Shown here one piece after another: positions 19,633-29,693 of a stretch of 64,000 nt of DNA (positions are counted from its first letter, which is position 1; each line of letters starts with the position of its first letter). The stretch is taken from positions 2,547-66,546 of the forward strand of contig CAZWYM010000002.1 of the NCBI GenBank assembly GCA_964638425.1, in the 5' to 3' direction. The notes under the pieces were generated by a model. The model had not been told where the DNA came from. It saw only the letters and a program-made list of their open reading frames with translations, and did no database searches. Source of the stretch: an uncultured Candidatus Saccharibacteria bacterium (GTDB lineage Bacteria; Patescibacteriota; Minisyncoccia; Phycocordibacterales; UBA918). Made by a program: the position numbers and the translations under genes.

Positions 19633-20823
19633 TTAGGCAACAATCTTTGTTACCACTCCAGCTCCAACAGTTCGCCCTCCTTCACGGATAGCAAAGTTCT
19701 GTTGTTCTTCGAGTGCTACTGGAGCTACGAGCTTCACTTTGAATTTCGCAGTATCCCCTGGCATAACCATCTCTACACCTTCAGCAAGAGTAACTTCTCC
19801 TGTTACGTCAGTTGTACGGATATAGAATTGAGGCTTGTATCCAGTAAAGAATGGTGTGTGTCGTCCTCCTTCATCCTTTGAAAGTACGTATACTTCTGCT
19901 TCAAAGTCTGTGTGTGGAGTAACTGAGTTCTTTGCTGCAAGAACCTGACCTCGGTGTACATCTTCCTTCTTTGTACCACGGAGGAGGATACCTGCGTTGT
20001 CTCCAGCTTGTGCAGCGTCAAGTTGTTTGTTGAACATTTCAACTCCGGTAACAGTTGTTGCCATAGTATCCTTGATACCAACAATTTGAACTTCTTCACC
20101 AACCTTTACGCGCCCTCGTTCTACACGACCAGTTACCACGGTACCTCGTCCTTCAATTGAGAAGATGTCCTCAATAGGCATAAGGAATGGCTTGTCGAGA
20201 TCACGAACTGGCATTGGGAAGTATGAATCCATTGCATCAACGAGTTCGAGTACCTTTGTACCCCATTCGCTTGATGGATCTTCAAGTGCCTTAAGACCTG
20301 AACCCTTAATAACAGGAGCCTTCGCACCATCGAAGCCGTTCTTTGTGAGAAGTTCACGAAGTTCTTCTTCAACGAGCTCAATCATTTCAGCGTCGTCAAC
20401 CATATCGCACTTGTTAAGGAATACGATGATGTTTGGTACACCAACCTGCTTTGCAAGGAGAACGTGCTCACGTGTTTGTGGCATCGCTCCGTCTGTTGCA
20501 GCAACCACGAGAACAGCACCGTCCATCTGTGCGGCACCAGTAATCATGTTCTTGATGTAGTCTGCGTGTCCTGGCGCATCAATGTGTGCGTAGTGACGGT
20601 TTGGAGTCTCGTACTCAGAGTGTGAGAGAGAAATAGTAATACCTCGTGCCTTTTCTTCTGGTGCCTTATCGATGTCATCTACACCTTTAACTGATGCACC
20701 ATATCCATTTCCCTTAGCGTTAAGCACGGTAAGGATTGCAGCGGTGAGCGTTGTCTTTCCATGGTCTACGTGACCAATAGTTCCAACGTTTACGTGCGGC
20801 TTTGAACGATCAAATTCTGCCAT
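19633..20823 (-). CDS. tuf: elongation factor Tu
   Basis: [25 protein letters not shown]; start taken as ATG 20823. Confidence 0.99.
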   Translation of the reverse strand: MAEFDRSKPHVNVGTIGHVDHGKTTLTAAILTVLNAKGNGYGASVKGVDDIDKAPEEKARGITISLSHSEYETPNRHYAHIDAPGHADYIKNMITGAAQMDGAVLVVAATDGAMPQTREHVLLAKQVGVPNIIVFLNKCDMVDDAEMIELVEEELRELLTKNGFDGAKAPVIKGSGLKALEDPSSEWGTKVLELVDAMDSYFPMPVRDLDKPFLMPIEDIFSIEGRGTVVTGRVERGRVKVGEEVQIVGIKDTMATTVTGVEMFNKQLDAAQAGDNAGILLRGTKKEDVHRGQVLAAKNSVTPHTDFEAEVYVLSKDEGGRHTPFFTGYKPQFYIRTTDVTGEVTLAEGVEMVMPGDTAKFKVKLVAPVALEEQQNFAIREGGRTVGAGVVTKIVA

Positions 20824-21017
20824 AGTATTAAAACTAACTATTAGATAATAATTCCGCACACTGCAATCCTCTTTCATAAAAAATAAAAGAAGCACGATGA
20901 GTACACACAGGGAAGGGCGCGAGAACGCTGCCTTACCTCTGATACTTATCGTTGCATGTCAAAAAGAGCAAAAACTCCCTCAATCAGAGTCCAAAGAGAC
21001 CTGACGCGGTGACCGCA

Positions 21018-21046
21018 ATAGTACAAGAATGCCCATATTTTTGCAA
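21018..21046 (-). promoter_or_regulatory. sigma70-type promoter for tuf-rpsJ
   Basis: TTGCAA-17 bp-TACTAT. Confidence 0.7.
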
Positions 21047-21174
21047 GCGGGGCGGAGACCATCTTTCGGTGACTTGTGTTTTAAATATTATGTGGTACTG
21101 TCCACACAGAAACACACCTGTGCATTTGTCACTGTTCTTTATCAAACATTCCCTACGTAAAGGAGAAAAGCATC

Positions 21175-21570
21175 ATGCCTACTGAAATACATGAGAATTT
21201 TAGGCTTAAAATCGACACAATTTGTAAAGTACCAATATTTGTCACCCCTGTAGCTGACTCACTTGTTACCAAAAAGTGGGATGCCCATGGTCCTACCATT
21301 CATCTTCAAGTGGTTAATGAGGCGGGATCCCTCTTTCATGTAAGTGACTTAGAAAAGATGTGTCTCAATAGACAGGACTTGAAATGCATCCTCGATTTGT
21401 GTGAACGACGCCCACTCCTCCTCTGCAGGACCTTTCTTACCGGCGGGAATTCTGCATGCACACGATTTCATCGGAAGTATTGGCATATTGATGGTCAGGG
21501 ACTCATACATATATCGTTCATTCTTCATGAAGAGAAAGAACCTATACTCGAAGGCGACCCGCGCGCATAG
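21175..21570 (+). CDS. hypothetical protein between fusA and tuf
   Basis: 131 aa ORF with AAGGAG SD and terminator hairpin 21589-21621. Confidence 0.65.
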   Translation: MPTEIHENFRLKIDTICKVPIFVTPVADSLVTKKWDAHGPTIHLQVVNEAGSLFHVSDLEKMCLNRQDLKCILDLCERRPLLLCRTFLTGGNSACTRFHRKYWHIDGQGLIHISFILHEEKEPILEGDPRA

Positions 21571-21627
21571 ACTATGTTCTTTTCACCAAAAACCCCATTT
21601 GCGGATGCAAATGGGGTTTTATTTTTT

Positions 21628-21918
21628 CTAGGCTTCCTCAATATCTTTCAGCGTCAGGTTTCTAAACTCACCACGTTCGTTAAGAACCTCCTGCCCGGCC
21701 TCACGGTTTCGTCTCCTTGCGGTCGACGAAACATCGTTCCGGCTTTTGTCAAGGACTGAAGAAGCTTACGCTTCTTCTTCAATATCCTTCCCTCCTTACA
21801 GGAGCAGTACACCTTGTGGATATTTTGTTTCGTTAGGATTCACAAAATACCTCACAAGCTCGGTAAAAGATATATCGAAGCAATAACTAAAAATGCACCC
21901 TCTCGGGTGCATTTTTAG
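21628..21918 (-). mobile_element. two stacked mini-elements (B then A) at fusA 3' end with two alternative fusA ends
   Basis: Antisense 21862-21886, B core, KDIEEEA* 21766-21789, antisense 21748-21764, A core 21652-21743, LKDIEEA* 21628-21651. Confidence 0.75.
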
Positions 21919-24096
21919 TTATTCTTCGGTTTCTATATCTTTTACCCCTCTCGCCTTCTTGATTTCGATTGCCACGTTTGGTGGTACAACATCGTAATGA
22001 TCAAATTCCATCGTCATGTTTGCTCGTCCTTCAGTCATTGAGCGAAGTGCTGTGGTATACCCAAACATTTCTGAAAGTGGCACTTTCGCATGAACTACAC
22101 GTACAAGGTCTCGGTCTTCCATACCCTCCACGAGTCCACGCTTTGAACTAATGTTTCCGTTTACGTCACCCATGAACTTCTCTGGGGTAGTAACCTCTAC
22201 CTTCATGATTGGTTCAAGGAGGACCGCACCTGCCTTTTGAGCTGCTTCCTTAAATGCATGAATACCTGCAAGACGGAATGCAATTTCGCTTGAGTCTACA
22301 TCGTGGTAGCTACCATCGAAGAGTTCGACTGAAACGTCCTCCATTTTGTACCCAGCCACAAATCCTCGTGCCATTGCCTCCTTACATCCCTTCATAACAG
22401 CTGGGATAAATTCGTTTGGAATAACTCCTCCCTTAATGTTATTAACGAATTCGAAGTGATCTTCACGAGTGATGTTTTTCGCAAGTGACTTTCCTTCTTC
22501 GAGTTCAAGCGGTTCAAGTGGTTTAATTCGAATCTTCACGTGACCGTACTGACCACGACCTCCTGATTGCTTAACATACTTGTATTCAGCTTCAGCTGAA
22601 TGTTGAATTGTTTCTCGGTATGCTACCTGTGGCTTACCTACGTTTGCTTCAACACCGAACTCTCGCTTCATTCGGTCTACGAGAATTTCGAGGTGAAGTT
22701 CACCCATACCTGCAATAATCGTTTCTCCAGTCTCTTCATCGCTCGAAATTTTGAATGTTGGGTCTTCATCTGAAAGCTTCTTCATAGCCATACCCATTTT
22801 TTCTTGGTCGTTCTTTGTCTTTGGCTCGATACGCATTGCAACCACTGGTTCAGGGAAGACAATTTGTTCAAGTGCAATTGGATGATTTTCATCACAGAGA
22901 GTGTGTGAAGTTTTTACATCCTTAAGACCTACTCCTGCAGCAATTTCACCAGCGTATACCTCTTCGACTTCTGTTCGTTTATCTGCCATGAGTCGTACGA
23001 TACGTCCGAGTCGCTCTTTCTGCCCTGTTGTTGAGTTGTAGATGTAGCTTCCTGCCTTCACTGTACCTGAGTACACACGGAAGAATGTAAGCTGTCCTAC
23101 GAATGGGTCTGTCTGGAGTTTAAATGCTAGCGCACAGAATGGTGATGCGTCATCAGCAATTCGAGTTTCTTCAACATCAGTGTCTGGATTCGTTCCCTTA
23201 ATAGCAGGGAGATCAACTGGAGATGGAAGGTAGTCAACAACGGCATCGAGTACACGTTGTACTCCCATGTTCTTGAGTGCAGAACCAGTCATCACAGGGA
23301 AAATTTTGTTTGCAATCACCGCCTTTCGAAGTGTCTTTTGAAGCTCTTCATAGCTTGGTTCAACACCTTCAAGATATGCATTCATTTGTGCATCGTCATG
23401 TTCCACAATTCGTTCAACAAGTTCACCGTGATACTTTTCTGCATCAGCACGAAGCTCATCTGGAATTTCAACTTCCACTACCTTCATTCCCATTTCTCCT
23501 TCAAATACATACGCCTTCATCTTGAGAAGGTCGACAACTCCCTTGAGGTTTTCTTCACTTCCCCATGGAATTTGGTATCGCACTGCCTTTGGAGAAAGGC
23601 GTGAAAGAATTGAAGCATATGAACGCTCAAAATCTGCTCCTGTTCGGTCCATCTTATTGATGAAACAAATTCGTGGAACTCCAGCTTCGTCAGCGTATCT
23701 CCAGTTTGTTTCTGATTGTGGCTCTACACCTGCTACTCCGTCGAATACGACGATAGCACCATCAAGCACGCGCATCGAACGCTTTACTTCTGCGGTAAAG
23801 TCGATGTGTCCAGGAGTATCGATGATGTTAAAAGTATATTTAAAATCATCATTATTTCGGTCTGCAATGAGTGATGGAGTCCAGTTACATGAAATCGCTG
23901 CAGCAGTAATAGTAATACCTCGTTCTCGTTCCTGCTCCATCCAGTCAGTTACGGTTGCGCCATCGTGCACCTCTCCGATTTTGTGACTCATTCCTGTATA
24001 AAAGAGTACGCGCTCAGAAGTTGTGGTTTTACCCGCGTCTACGTGAGCAACGATACCGAAGTTTCGAAGCTTATGAAGTGGAAATGCTCGTGCCAT
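21919..24096 (-). CDS. fusA: elongation factor G
   Basis: AHVDAGKTT, ERERGITI, DTPGHIDF, GMGELHLE. Confidence 0.99.
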   Translation of the reverse strand: MARAFPLHKLRNFGIVAHVDAGKTTTSERVLFYTGMSHKIGEVHDGATVTDWMEQERERGITITAAAISCNWTPSLIADRNNDDFKYTFNIIDTPGHIDFTAEVKRSMRVLDGAIVVFDGVAGVEPQSETNWRYADEAGVPRICFINKMDRTGADFERSYASILSRLSPKAVRYQIPWGSEENLKGVVDLLKMKAYVFEGEMGMKVVEVEIPDELRADAEKYHGELVERIVEHDDAQMNAYLEGVEPSYEELQKTLRKAVIANKIFPVMTGSALKNMGVQRVLDAVVDYLPSPVDLPAIKGTNPDTDVEETRIADDASPFCALAFKLQTDPFVGQLTFFRVYSGTVKAGSYIYNSTTGQKERLGRIVRLMADKRTEVEEVYAGEIAAGVGLKDVKTSHTLCDENHPIALEQIVFPEPVVAMRIEPKTKNDQEKMGMAMKKLSDEDPTFKISSDEETGETIIAGMGELHLEILVDRMKREFGVEANVGKPQVAYRETIQHSAEAEYKYVKQSGGRGQYGHVKIRIKPLEPLELEEGKSLAKNITREDHFEFVNNIKGGVIPNEFIPAVMKGCKEAMARGFVAGYKMEDVSVELFDGSYHDVDSSEIAFRLAGIHAFKEAAQKAGAVLLEPIMKVEVTTPEKFMGDVNGNISSKRGLVEGMEDRDLVRVVHAKVPLSEMFGYTTALRSMTEGRANMTMEFDHYDVVPPNVAIEIKKARGVKDIETEE

Positions 24097-24276
24097 ATGT
24101 AATGTATTAATAAATTAAAATAAACTGAACCGGTGACTTCCCTAATTACTGTGAAAAACACAGGAGGGTCTGGGGCTAAGTGGCGTTACTATACGGTATT
24201 TACCTCTATTCGGCAATACGCATTGCTATTCAATTCTCCCTCTCACATGTCAATAAAAGCCGGCTATAATACATGC

Positions 24277-25281
24277 ATGAAATATACGTATGTTTCTTTC
24301 CTATTTCTAATGACTCTTTTCAGTCACACCGTCTCTGCAGAAGAATTAAATGCAGGGTTTGTTCAGGGTCTTTGGTATTCAAATGAGCACGTTTTCGTTG
24401 ACACCCCAACACGTGTCTACGTTGCGCTCCGAAACAACACCGAACACGACCTCACCGGAACGGTACTCTTTACCGATAATGGTAAGCGTATTGGATCATC
24501 GTATGTAAGTACCCTCTCGGGGAGACTTGTCGAGGCTTGGGTGGACTGGGTTCCGACCTACGGGGAACACAAAATAACCGCATATGTGAGTGATGCCGAA
24601 CTTCATGTTATTGGAAAAGGAAAGGAATCAATAGATATGACGAGTATCGTTGCGGAAGATACGCTTCTGGTTGATTATGATACCGACCATGATGGCATTG
24701 GAAATGAAACGGATACCGACGATGATAACGACACAGTATCTGATCTCGAAGAACAATCGCGAGGAACCAACCCCGTTGTCGCCAATCCGCAAGAAAAAAA
24801 GGCTGACGTTGCTGAAGAACCAGCCAAAGTAAACACGGTTCAGGCGGAACCTTCACCTTCAAACAACGAAACGTCCGGGCAAGGACTCGAACGATTTGTT
24901 GAAAACCCTACCGCAGACGCACTCCTGAGTGGTCTCACCTCAAAGGTAGAGCAAGCAAAGGAGTCCCTCGATACCTACCGCAAGGAACGTAATGAAGCAC
25001 AAGATACACCTTCGATAACTTCAGAAGAACCCGAAACGAAGCTGGGTACATACACAGAGAATGCCACCATTACTCGAACAAAAATTGAAACGAAGAATAG
25101 TTTCCTTAGTTCATTTGTGTCAGGAATGGCTGCGATCCTCCAAAAAATATACACCCTCTTCCTCTGGATACTCTCAAAAATACTTTCATCCCCTTCACTT
25201 CTTGAACTCGCTTTGCTGTTAAGCATTCTCTACACCCTGTACCGCGTCGCGCGCGGGTTTGGAAGACGACCAAATATGTAG
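24277..25281 (+). CDS. secreted or membrane-anchored protein with Ig-like (CARDB-like) region and acidic Ca-binding-like repeat
   Basis: Signal peptide, DTDHDGIGNETDTDDDND motif, C-terminal hydrophobic helix. Confidence 0.7.
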   Translation: MKYTYVSFLFLMTLFSHTVSAEELNAGFVQGLWYSNEHVFVDTPTRVYVALRNNTEHDLTGTVLFTDNGKRIGSSYVSTLSGRLVEAWVDWVPTYGEHKITAYVSDAELHVIGKGKESIDMTSIVAEDTLLVDYDTDHDGIGNETDTDDDNDTVSDLEEQSRGTNPVVANPQEKKADVAEEPAKVNTVQAEPSPSNNETSGQGLERFVENPTADALLSGLTSKVEQAKESLDTYRKERNEAQDTPSITSEEPETKLGTYTENATITRTKIETKNSFLSSFVSGMAAILQKIYTLFLWILSKILSSPSLLELALLLSILYTLYRVARGFGRRPNM

Positions 25282-25303
25282 CCTTATGCTACACTATTCG
25301 CCT

Positions 25304-25654
25304 ATGAATACATACAAAGGAAGCTGTCACTGCGGTGCGGTAACGTACACCGTGAATGCAGATATTGAAAACGCAATTGATTGCAACTGCTCACACTGTT
25401 CGCGTAAGGGAATGTTACTCAGTTTTATCCCAGGGGAAGAGTTTACTCTCCTATCAGGCGAGGAAAATCTCACTGATTATTTATTCAATAAGAAATACAT
25501 CCACCACCTTTTCTGTAAGACATGTGGTGTGCAATCATTTGCACGAAGTATGAATAGCGAGGGGAAGGAAACGATTGCGCTCAACGTGCGCACCCTCCAC
25601 GACTTTGATTTGGAAGCACTGACTCTAATCAAAGCAGACGGAAAACATTCGTAA
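25304..25654 (+). CDS. GFA/CENP-V family zinc protein
   Basis: GSCHCGAV...CNCSHC...FCKTCG. Confidence 0.9.
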   Translation: MNTYKGSCHCGAVTYTVNADIENAIDCNCSHCSRKGMLLSFIPGEEFTLLSGEENLTDYLFNKKYIHHLFCKTCGVQSFARSMNSEGKETIALNVRTLHDFDLEALTLIKADGKHS

Positions 25655-25710
25655 TTGTAATCATCTAAAATTCAAAGAAATACCGCGTCCTTTGAGAGAC
25701 GCGGTATTTT

Positions 25711-26028
25711 CTAACCTGAAACTGAAAAGCCTGCCTTATGTGCGCCTGTTGCAATCACCTGTTTTGCACCATCTACATCAGACGCATATATTCGCAGTTC
25801 TTGAATAGATATATTATCTCGCACTGACAAGAGAAGACTTCCTTCACCTATTGTGATTTTTACCCGCCGCTGTCCTTTCGTATTGGGAAGTCCTGATTTT
25901 ATGAAGCCAACAGAAATTTTGGTGACGTACGCACTCCCATCTGCAATATCTGCAATTATTACAGCCGCAGGAATGCAGGTGGTGTGACTCCCACTAAACT
26001 TTCCGCCATTTCGTGAATGCTTTGACAT
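25711..26028 (-). CDS. DUF2103-like hypothetical protein
   Basis: GGKFSGSHTT...KISVGFI...QELRI. Confidence 0.65.
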   Translation of the reverse strand: MSKHSRNGGKFSGSHTTCIPAAVIIADIADGSAYVTKISVGFIKSGLPNTKGQRRVKITIGEGSLLLSVRDNISIQELRIYASDVDGAKQVIATGAHKAGFSVSG

Positions 26029-26090
26029 CGTTGCATTTTACACCACTGTTCTAAATACAATGAGTGCTAATAATAACCTTGCTTAAGAAC

Positions 26091-26317
26091 TCGCTTTGGT
26101 AAATCACATTCTTGAGGAGAGAACGCGAAGAAAGCCCCGAATTTTTGCGAGCCGTACTAGACGTACGGTGAACAAAAATTCGGGGCTTTCGACAAAGTTA
26201 TCTTCCGAGAATGTGGTCTTTAGACGACAACTCGTGATATTTTTTCGCTTTGTCCTCAAAAATATCTACGAGTTCCTGTAAAAGTTTCGATATTGTCGCT
26301 ACGCTCTGTATCTCACT
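26091..26317. repeat. nested palindromic intergenic element downstream of rpsG
   Basis: gaaagccccgaattttt...aaaaattcggggctttc, gagccgtac-tagac-gtacggtga, actcgtgatattttt...aaaaatatctacgagt. Confidence 0.65.
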
Positions 26318-26791
26318 TTACCAGGCAAAATGGGCGAAAGCTCGGTTAGCCTCTGCCATCTTGTGTGTATCCTCTCGCTTCTTCACTGCTGCTCCTTCCT
26401 CACGTGCTGCGAGCATAAGCTCTGCTGCGAGTGACTTGAACATTGGTGTTCCCTTTTGCTTTCGTGCTGCTCCAATAATCCAACGGAGTGCAAGTGCGAG
26501 TCGTCGTTCTGGACGAACTTCACGTGGAACTTGGTAGTTTGCTCCACCAACTCGTCGTGAGCGGACTTCCATTTGTGGTCCCGCGTTACGGATTGCTGTT
26601 TCAAAAATCTCTACTGGGTCTCCACCTCCTTCCTTCGCGTTCTTAATTTCTTCAAATGCAGCGTATACAATCTTTCGCGCTGTCTCCTTCTGTCCATTTA
26701 CCATGATGTAGTTGATGAGACGTGACACATTTACTGAGTCATGTCGTTCATCTCCTCCTACTGGTGGTCGTCTTTTTATTGGTCGTCGCAT
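26318..26791 (-). CDS. rpsG: 30S ribosomal protein S7
   Basis: [13 protein letters not shown]...[13 protein letters not shown]. Confidence 0.98.
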   Translation of the reverse strand: MRRPIKRRPPVGGDERHDSVNVSRLINYIMVNGQKETARKIVYAAFEEIKNAKEGGGDPVEIFETAIRNAGPQMEVRSRRVGGANYQVPREVRPERRLALALRWIIGAARKQKGTPMFKSLAAELMLAAREEGAAVKKREDTHKMAEANRAFAHFAW

Positions 26792-26815
26792 ATATTTTTA
26801 TTGGTCGTCGCATAT
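26773..26815. repeat. 21-bp tandem duplication of the rpsG start region
   Basis: tttttattggtcgtcgcatat at 26773-26793 and 26795-26815. Confidence 0.9.
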
Positions 26816-26985
26816 TGTGGCATTCTTTCGAATCCACTCTATAATCTTTAGCGACTATAAACTATTAATTAAATTAATTTTTGTTTGAGGCCTACTTTGT
26901 GTATAGTGACGTCGCATTTTCTTCTGTGTGAAGAAAATGCGACGGACTCAGAAATTACAGTCGCTTGCGCTCGTTAATTTCTGGC

Positions 26986-27402
26986 CTATTTACCTGCTTT
27001 GGGCTTCTTCGCACCGTATCGTGATCGTGATACTCGTCGCTTATCTACACCTGTTGCGTCGTATTTTCCACGAACGATAGTGTAGTTAACACCGATGTCC
27101 TTCACACGTCCACCTCGTACAAGTACCACAGAGTGTTCCTGAAGGGTGTGTCCCTCACCTGGAATGTACGCGGTAATTTCCTGACCATTCGTGAGGCGTA
27201 CACGAGCAATCTTTCGAATAGCTGAGTTTGGCTTACGAGGAGTCTTTGTAGTTACACGAGTACACACACCACGCTTAAATGGTGAGTCATACTCGTTAGG
27301 ATGGTTAATGATCGAATTGAAACCAGAACGAAGCGCACCAGTTTTACTCTTGGTAGCGACGGTCTTTCGAGCCTTTTTTGTTAATTGATTGATTGTTGAC
27401 AT
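26986..27402 (-). CDS. rpsL: 30S ribosomal protein S12
   Basis: RGVCTRV...[10 protein letters not shown]...[10 protein letters not shown]...GGRVKD. Confidence 0.98.
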   Translation of the reverse strand: MSTINQLTKKARKTVATKSKTGALRSGFNSIINHPNEYDSPFKRGVCTRVTTKTPRKPNSAIRKIARVRLTNGQEITAYIPGEGHTLQEHSVVLVRGGRVKDIGVNYTIVRGKYDATGVDKRRVSRSRYGAKKPKAGK

Positions 27403-27532
27403 TTCTTACGTAATTTATGTTCTCGAGATAGCGGAATGCTATTCACTAGAAAATCCGCTAAAACAGTGCCGATACTCTACTACAAGTAGCGAAATGTGCA
27501 AGTCCTTGGGAGGGCGAGTGCGCCTCAAACCC

Positions 27533-28159
27533 CTACACCATGAGGTGGTAAACCGTGAGCACCGCGGTAGAGAACGGTTGCCAAAGGATCTGCATAAAGA
27601 GGAATACGCAGAGGAAAAGCCCTAAAAACCCGAGGTTTTCCATGTATGTAGTAAACGCTCGATATTTATACTGAAGCCCCGTAGGGAGGAACGGAACAAT
27701 TATTTTTGAACCATCGAGGGGCGGGAATGGAATACTATTGAAAAGAGCCAAGAGAATATTGATAAATACAATATAGCTCGTCATTTCAACAAAAGATGCT
27801 GAAAGTCCGAGAACAGGGGCAAGTTTGATAATACCTGCAAAAATAAAGGCGAGGAGCAGATTGGCAAGAGGGCCTGCTGCAGCAACGATAGACTCCCCCC
27901 ATTTTGCATTCTGCAAATTGTACGGATTGTACGGAACTGGTTTAGCCCAACCGAATAGAAAATGCGCGCCAGTGAGGAAAAGTACTGCAGGAATAATCAC
28001 TGAACCAAGCGGGTCGAGGTGAATGAGTGGATTTGGGCTCAACCTTCCCGCCAATCGAGCAGTTGGGTCACCAAGCCAATTCGCAGCATACCCATGAGAC
28101 ACTTCATGCAACACAATTGAGAGAATGAGTATGATTATCGTAATGATGTCGGGAAGCAT
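27533..28159 (-). CDS. site-2 protease (peptidase M50) family protein
   Basis: HEVSH zinc motif, AAGPLAN, FNSIPFPPLDG. Confidence 0.92.
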   Translation of the reverse strand: MLPDIITIIILILSIVLHEVSHGYAANWLGDPTARLAGRLSPNPLIHLDPLGSVIIPAVLFLTGAHFLFGWAKPVPYNPYNLQNAKWGESIVAAAGPLANLLLAFIFAGIIKLAPVLGLSASFVEMTSYIVFINILLALFNSIPFPPLDGSKIIVPFLPTGLQYKYRAFTTYMENLGFLGLFLCVFLFMQILWQPFSTAVLTVYHLMV

Positions 28160-28176
28160 ATATTTTTAAAAAAAGA

Positions 28177-28371
28177 CTATTTATATTGAAAGAACAACAC
28201 AGTTGTAACAATGATGATACGAATAAACTCAATAGTAACTAGGGAGATGAACGTATACCCAATAAACGCGCTCAATCTCTTATAAAATCGGTCTGAAACG
28301 AGCCACCCCTTATATCCATATACGTCAGTATGAGATACATATTCTTTGATTCTACTGATGAGCTTTTGCAT
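28177..28371 (-). CDS. small membrane hypothetical protein
   Basis: 64 aa ORF filling the gap, one hydrophobic segment. Confidence 0.55.
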   Translation of the reverse strand: MQKLISRIKEYVSHTDVYGYKGWLVSDRFYKRLSAFIGYTFISLVTIEFIRIIIVTTVLFFQYK

Positions 28372-28503
28372 ATTTTTAGATATTTTTGATAACAGGAAAC
28401 CCTATTTACTTATATTCTACACGGATGCGAGGAAAAGCCAAAAACAAAACGTGGGTGGTGCTTCTTGCATATTAAGCTGGGTATGGTACGATAGCGCCCA
28501 CAT

Positions 28504-28746
28504 ATGGCACGAATCTGCGAAATAACAGGAAAGACATCTCAAGTCGGCGGACGGTACTCAAACCGTACTCGAGCAACACAATTTAACCCTTGTGGTAAAG
28601 TTCGACGCCAGCCAAATCTCCAAAAGAAGCGAATCTTTGTACCTGAAATTGGAAAAACTGTACTCGTTAATGTTTCAACAAAGGCACTTCGAACAATTGC
28701 AAAGAATGGTGCATTTGAAACACTCAAGAAAGCGGGTCTTATTTAA
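28504..28746 (+). CDS. rpmB: 50S ribosomal protein L28
   Basis: MARICEITGK...PNLQKKR...VSTKALRTI. Confidence 0.93.
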   Translation: MARICEITGKTSQVGGRYSNRTRATQFNPCGKVRRQPNLQKKRIFVPEIGKTVLVNVSTKALRTIAKNGAFETLKKAGLI

Positions 28747-29602
28747 ACCACACACGTACCCCATCTGATACTGAAAAAATACTGCCGTTATCGGCGGTAT
28801 TTTTTTGTACTATGTTTAACTGAGTGAAAAGATCGGTTACTTCTTTGTGAGGATGTCCGTATGTATTATCTTTCCCTACTGAAAAAATCCCATACATGGG
28901 CGCAACCGCACGCACAAATATTTCTGAAGAAGATGTCCGTGAACCGTGATGCCCTGCCTTAAGCACATCACTCTTGAGCGATGTGCTACTCACTTGCACG
29001 AGATATTCTTCAATACTCTGTGGTGAATCACCGGTAAATAGAAACTCGCTCTCTCCATACACGAGCTGACCAACGATAGATGAGGTATTACTCTCGAGTC
29101 CTCGAGGATCATGATCAGGAAATAAAATGTGAAATGTAGTACTGCCATTTGCACCTCTACCAAAATCAAAAACCTGCCCTCTCCGTGCATACACAATCTG
29201 TGCATGCTCATTGGTTACCTGTGACACAAACGCATCGAATGCAGGTGTGGCTCCAATATTTTCAGTCATGAGTATCGTGTGTACCCGGTAGCGTCTGAGG
29301 ACTTCAATGAGTCCACCAATATGATCGAGATCAGGGTGCGTTGCTACGACCATATCGATATCGCGGTCGAAAAAGCCCATCGACTGTTGGAGTCCTCGAA
29401 GCACCTGATTACTCTTACCTCCATCGATGAGTACTTGTGTTCCCGAAGGCGATTCAATAAAAATTGAGTCCCCCTGCCCTACATCAAAAAAAGTAACCTG
29501 AAGTAGCCCATCGGTTTCTTGCCCACGGAGAACGAGAGCCACTATCAAAACAATACCGAGAGTAACGAGTGCGAAAATACTCAGAATTTTCAGGCTCCGC
29601 AT
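28739..29602 (-). CDS. ComEC/Rec2-related metallo-beta-lactamase-fold protein
   Basis: DVGQGDS, THPDLDHIGG, LFTGD, GHHGS, YGHPH. Confidence 0.9.
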   Translation of the reverse strand: MRSLKILSIFALVTLGIVLIVALVLRGQETDGLLQVTFFDVGQGDSIFIESPSGTQVLIDGGKSNQVLRGLQQSMGFFDRDIDMVVATHPDLDHIGGLIEVLRRYRVHTILMTENIGATPAFDAFVSQVTNEHAQIVYARRGQVFDFGRGANGSTTFHILFPDHDPRGLESNTSSIVGQLVYGESEFLFTGDSPQSIEEYLVQVSSTSLKSDVLKAGHHGSRTSSSEIFVRAVAPMYGIFSVGKDNTYGHPHKEVTDLFTQLNIVQKNTADNGSIFSVSDGVRVWFK

Positions 29603-29693
29603 ACCCCTATTGTATCCTAATTTATTGATCGTGTGCGGTTGAGAAAACGAGTGGTATACTGTACTTTCATTTACTCATGATTTCATACATTTT

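Noticed and set aside
21792-21804. Family B loop as a tRNA-Tyr or tRNA-Val anticodon arm relic
   Set aside because: No D arm, T arm or acceptor stem surrounds any copy; the resemblance is limited to 5-7 nt.
26148-26172. Group II intron domain V (GAGCCGTAC...ACGTACGGT)
   Set aside because: The upper stem and GNRA loop are missing, there is no domain VI or maturase, and it sits inside a larger DNA palindrome.
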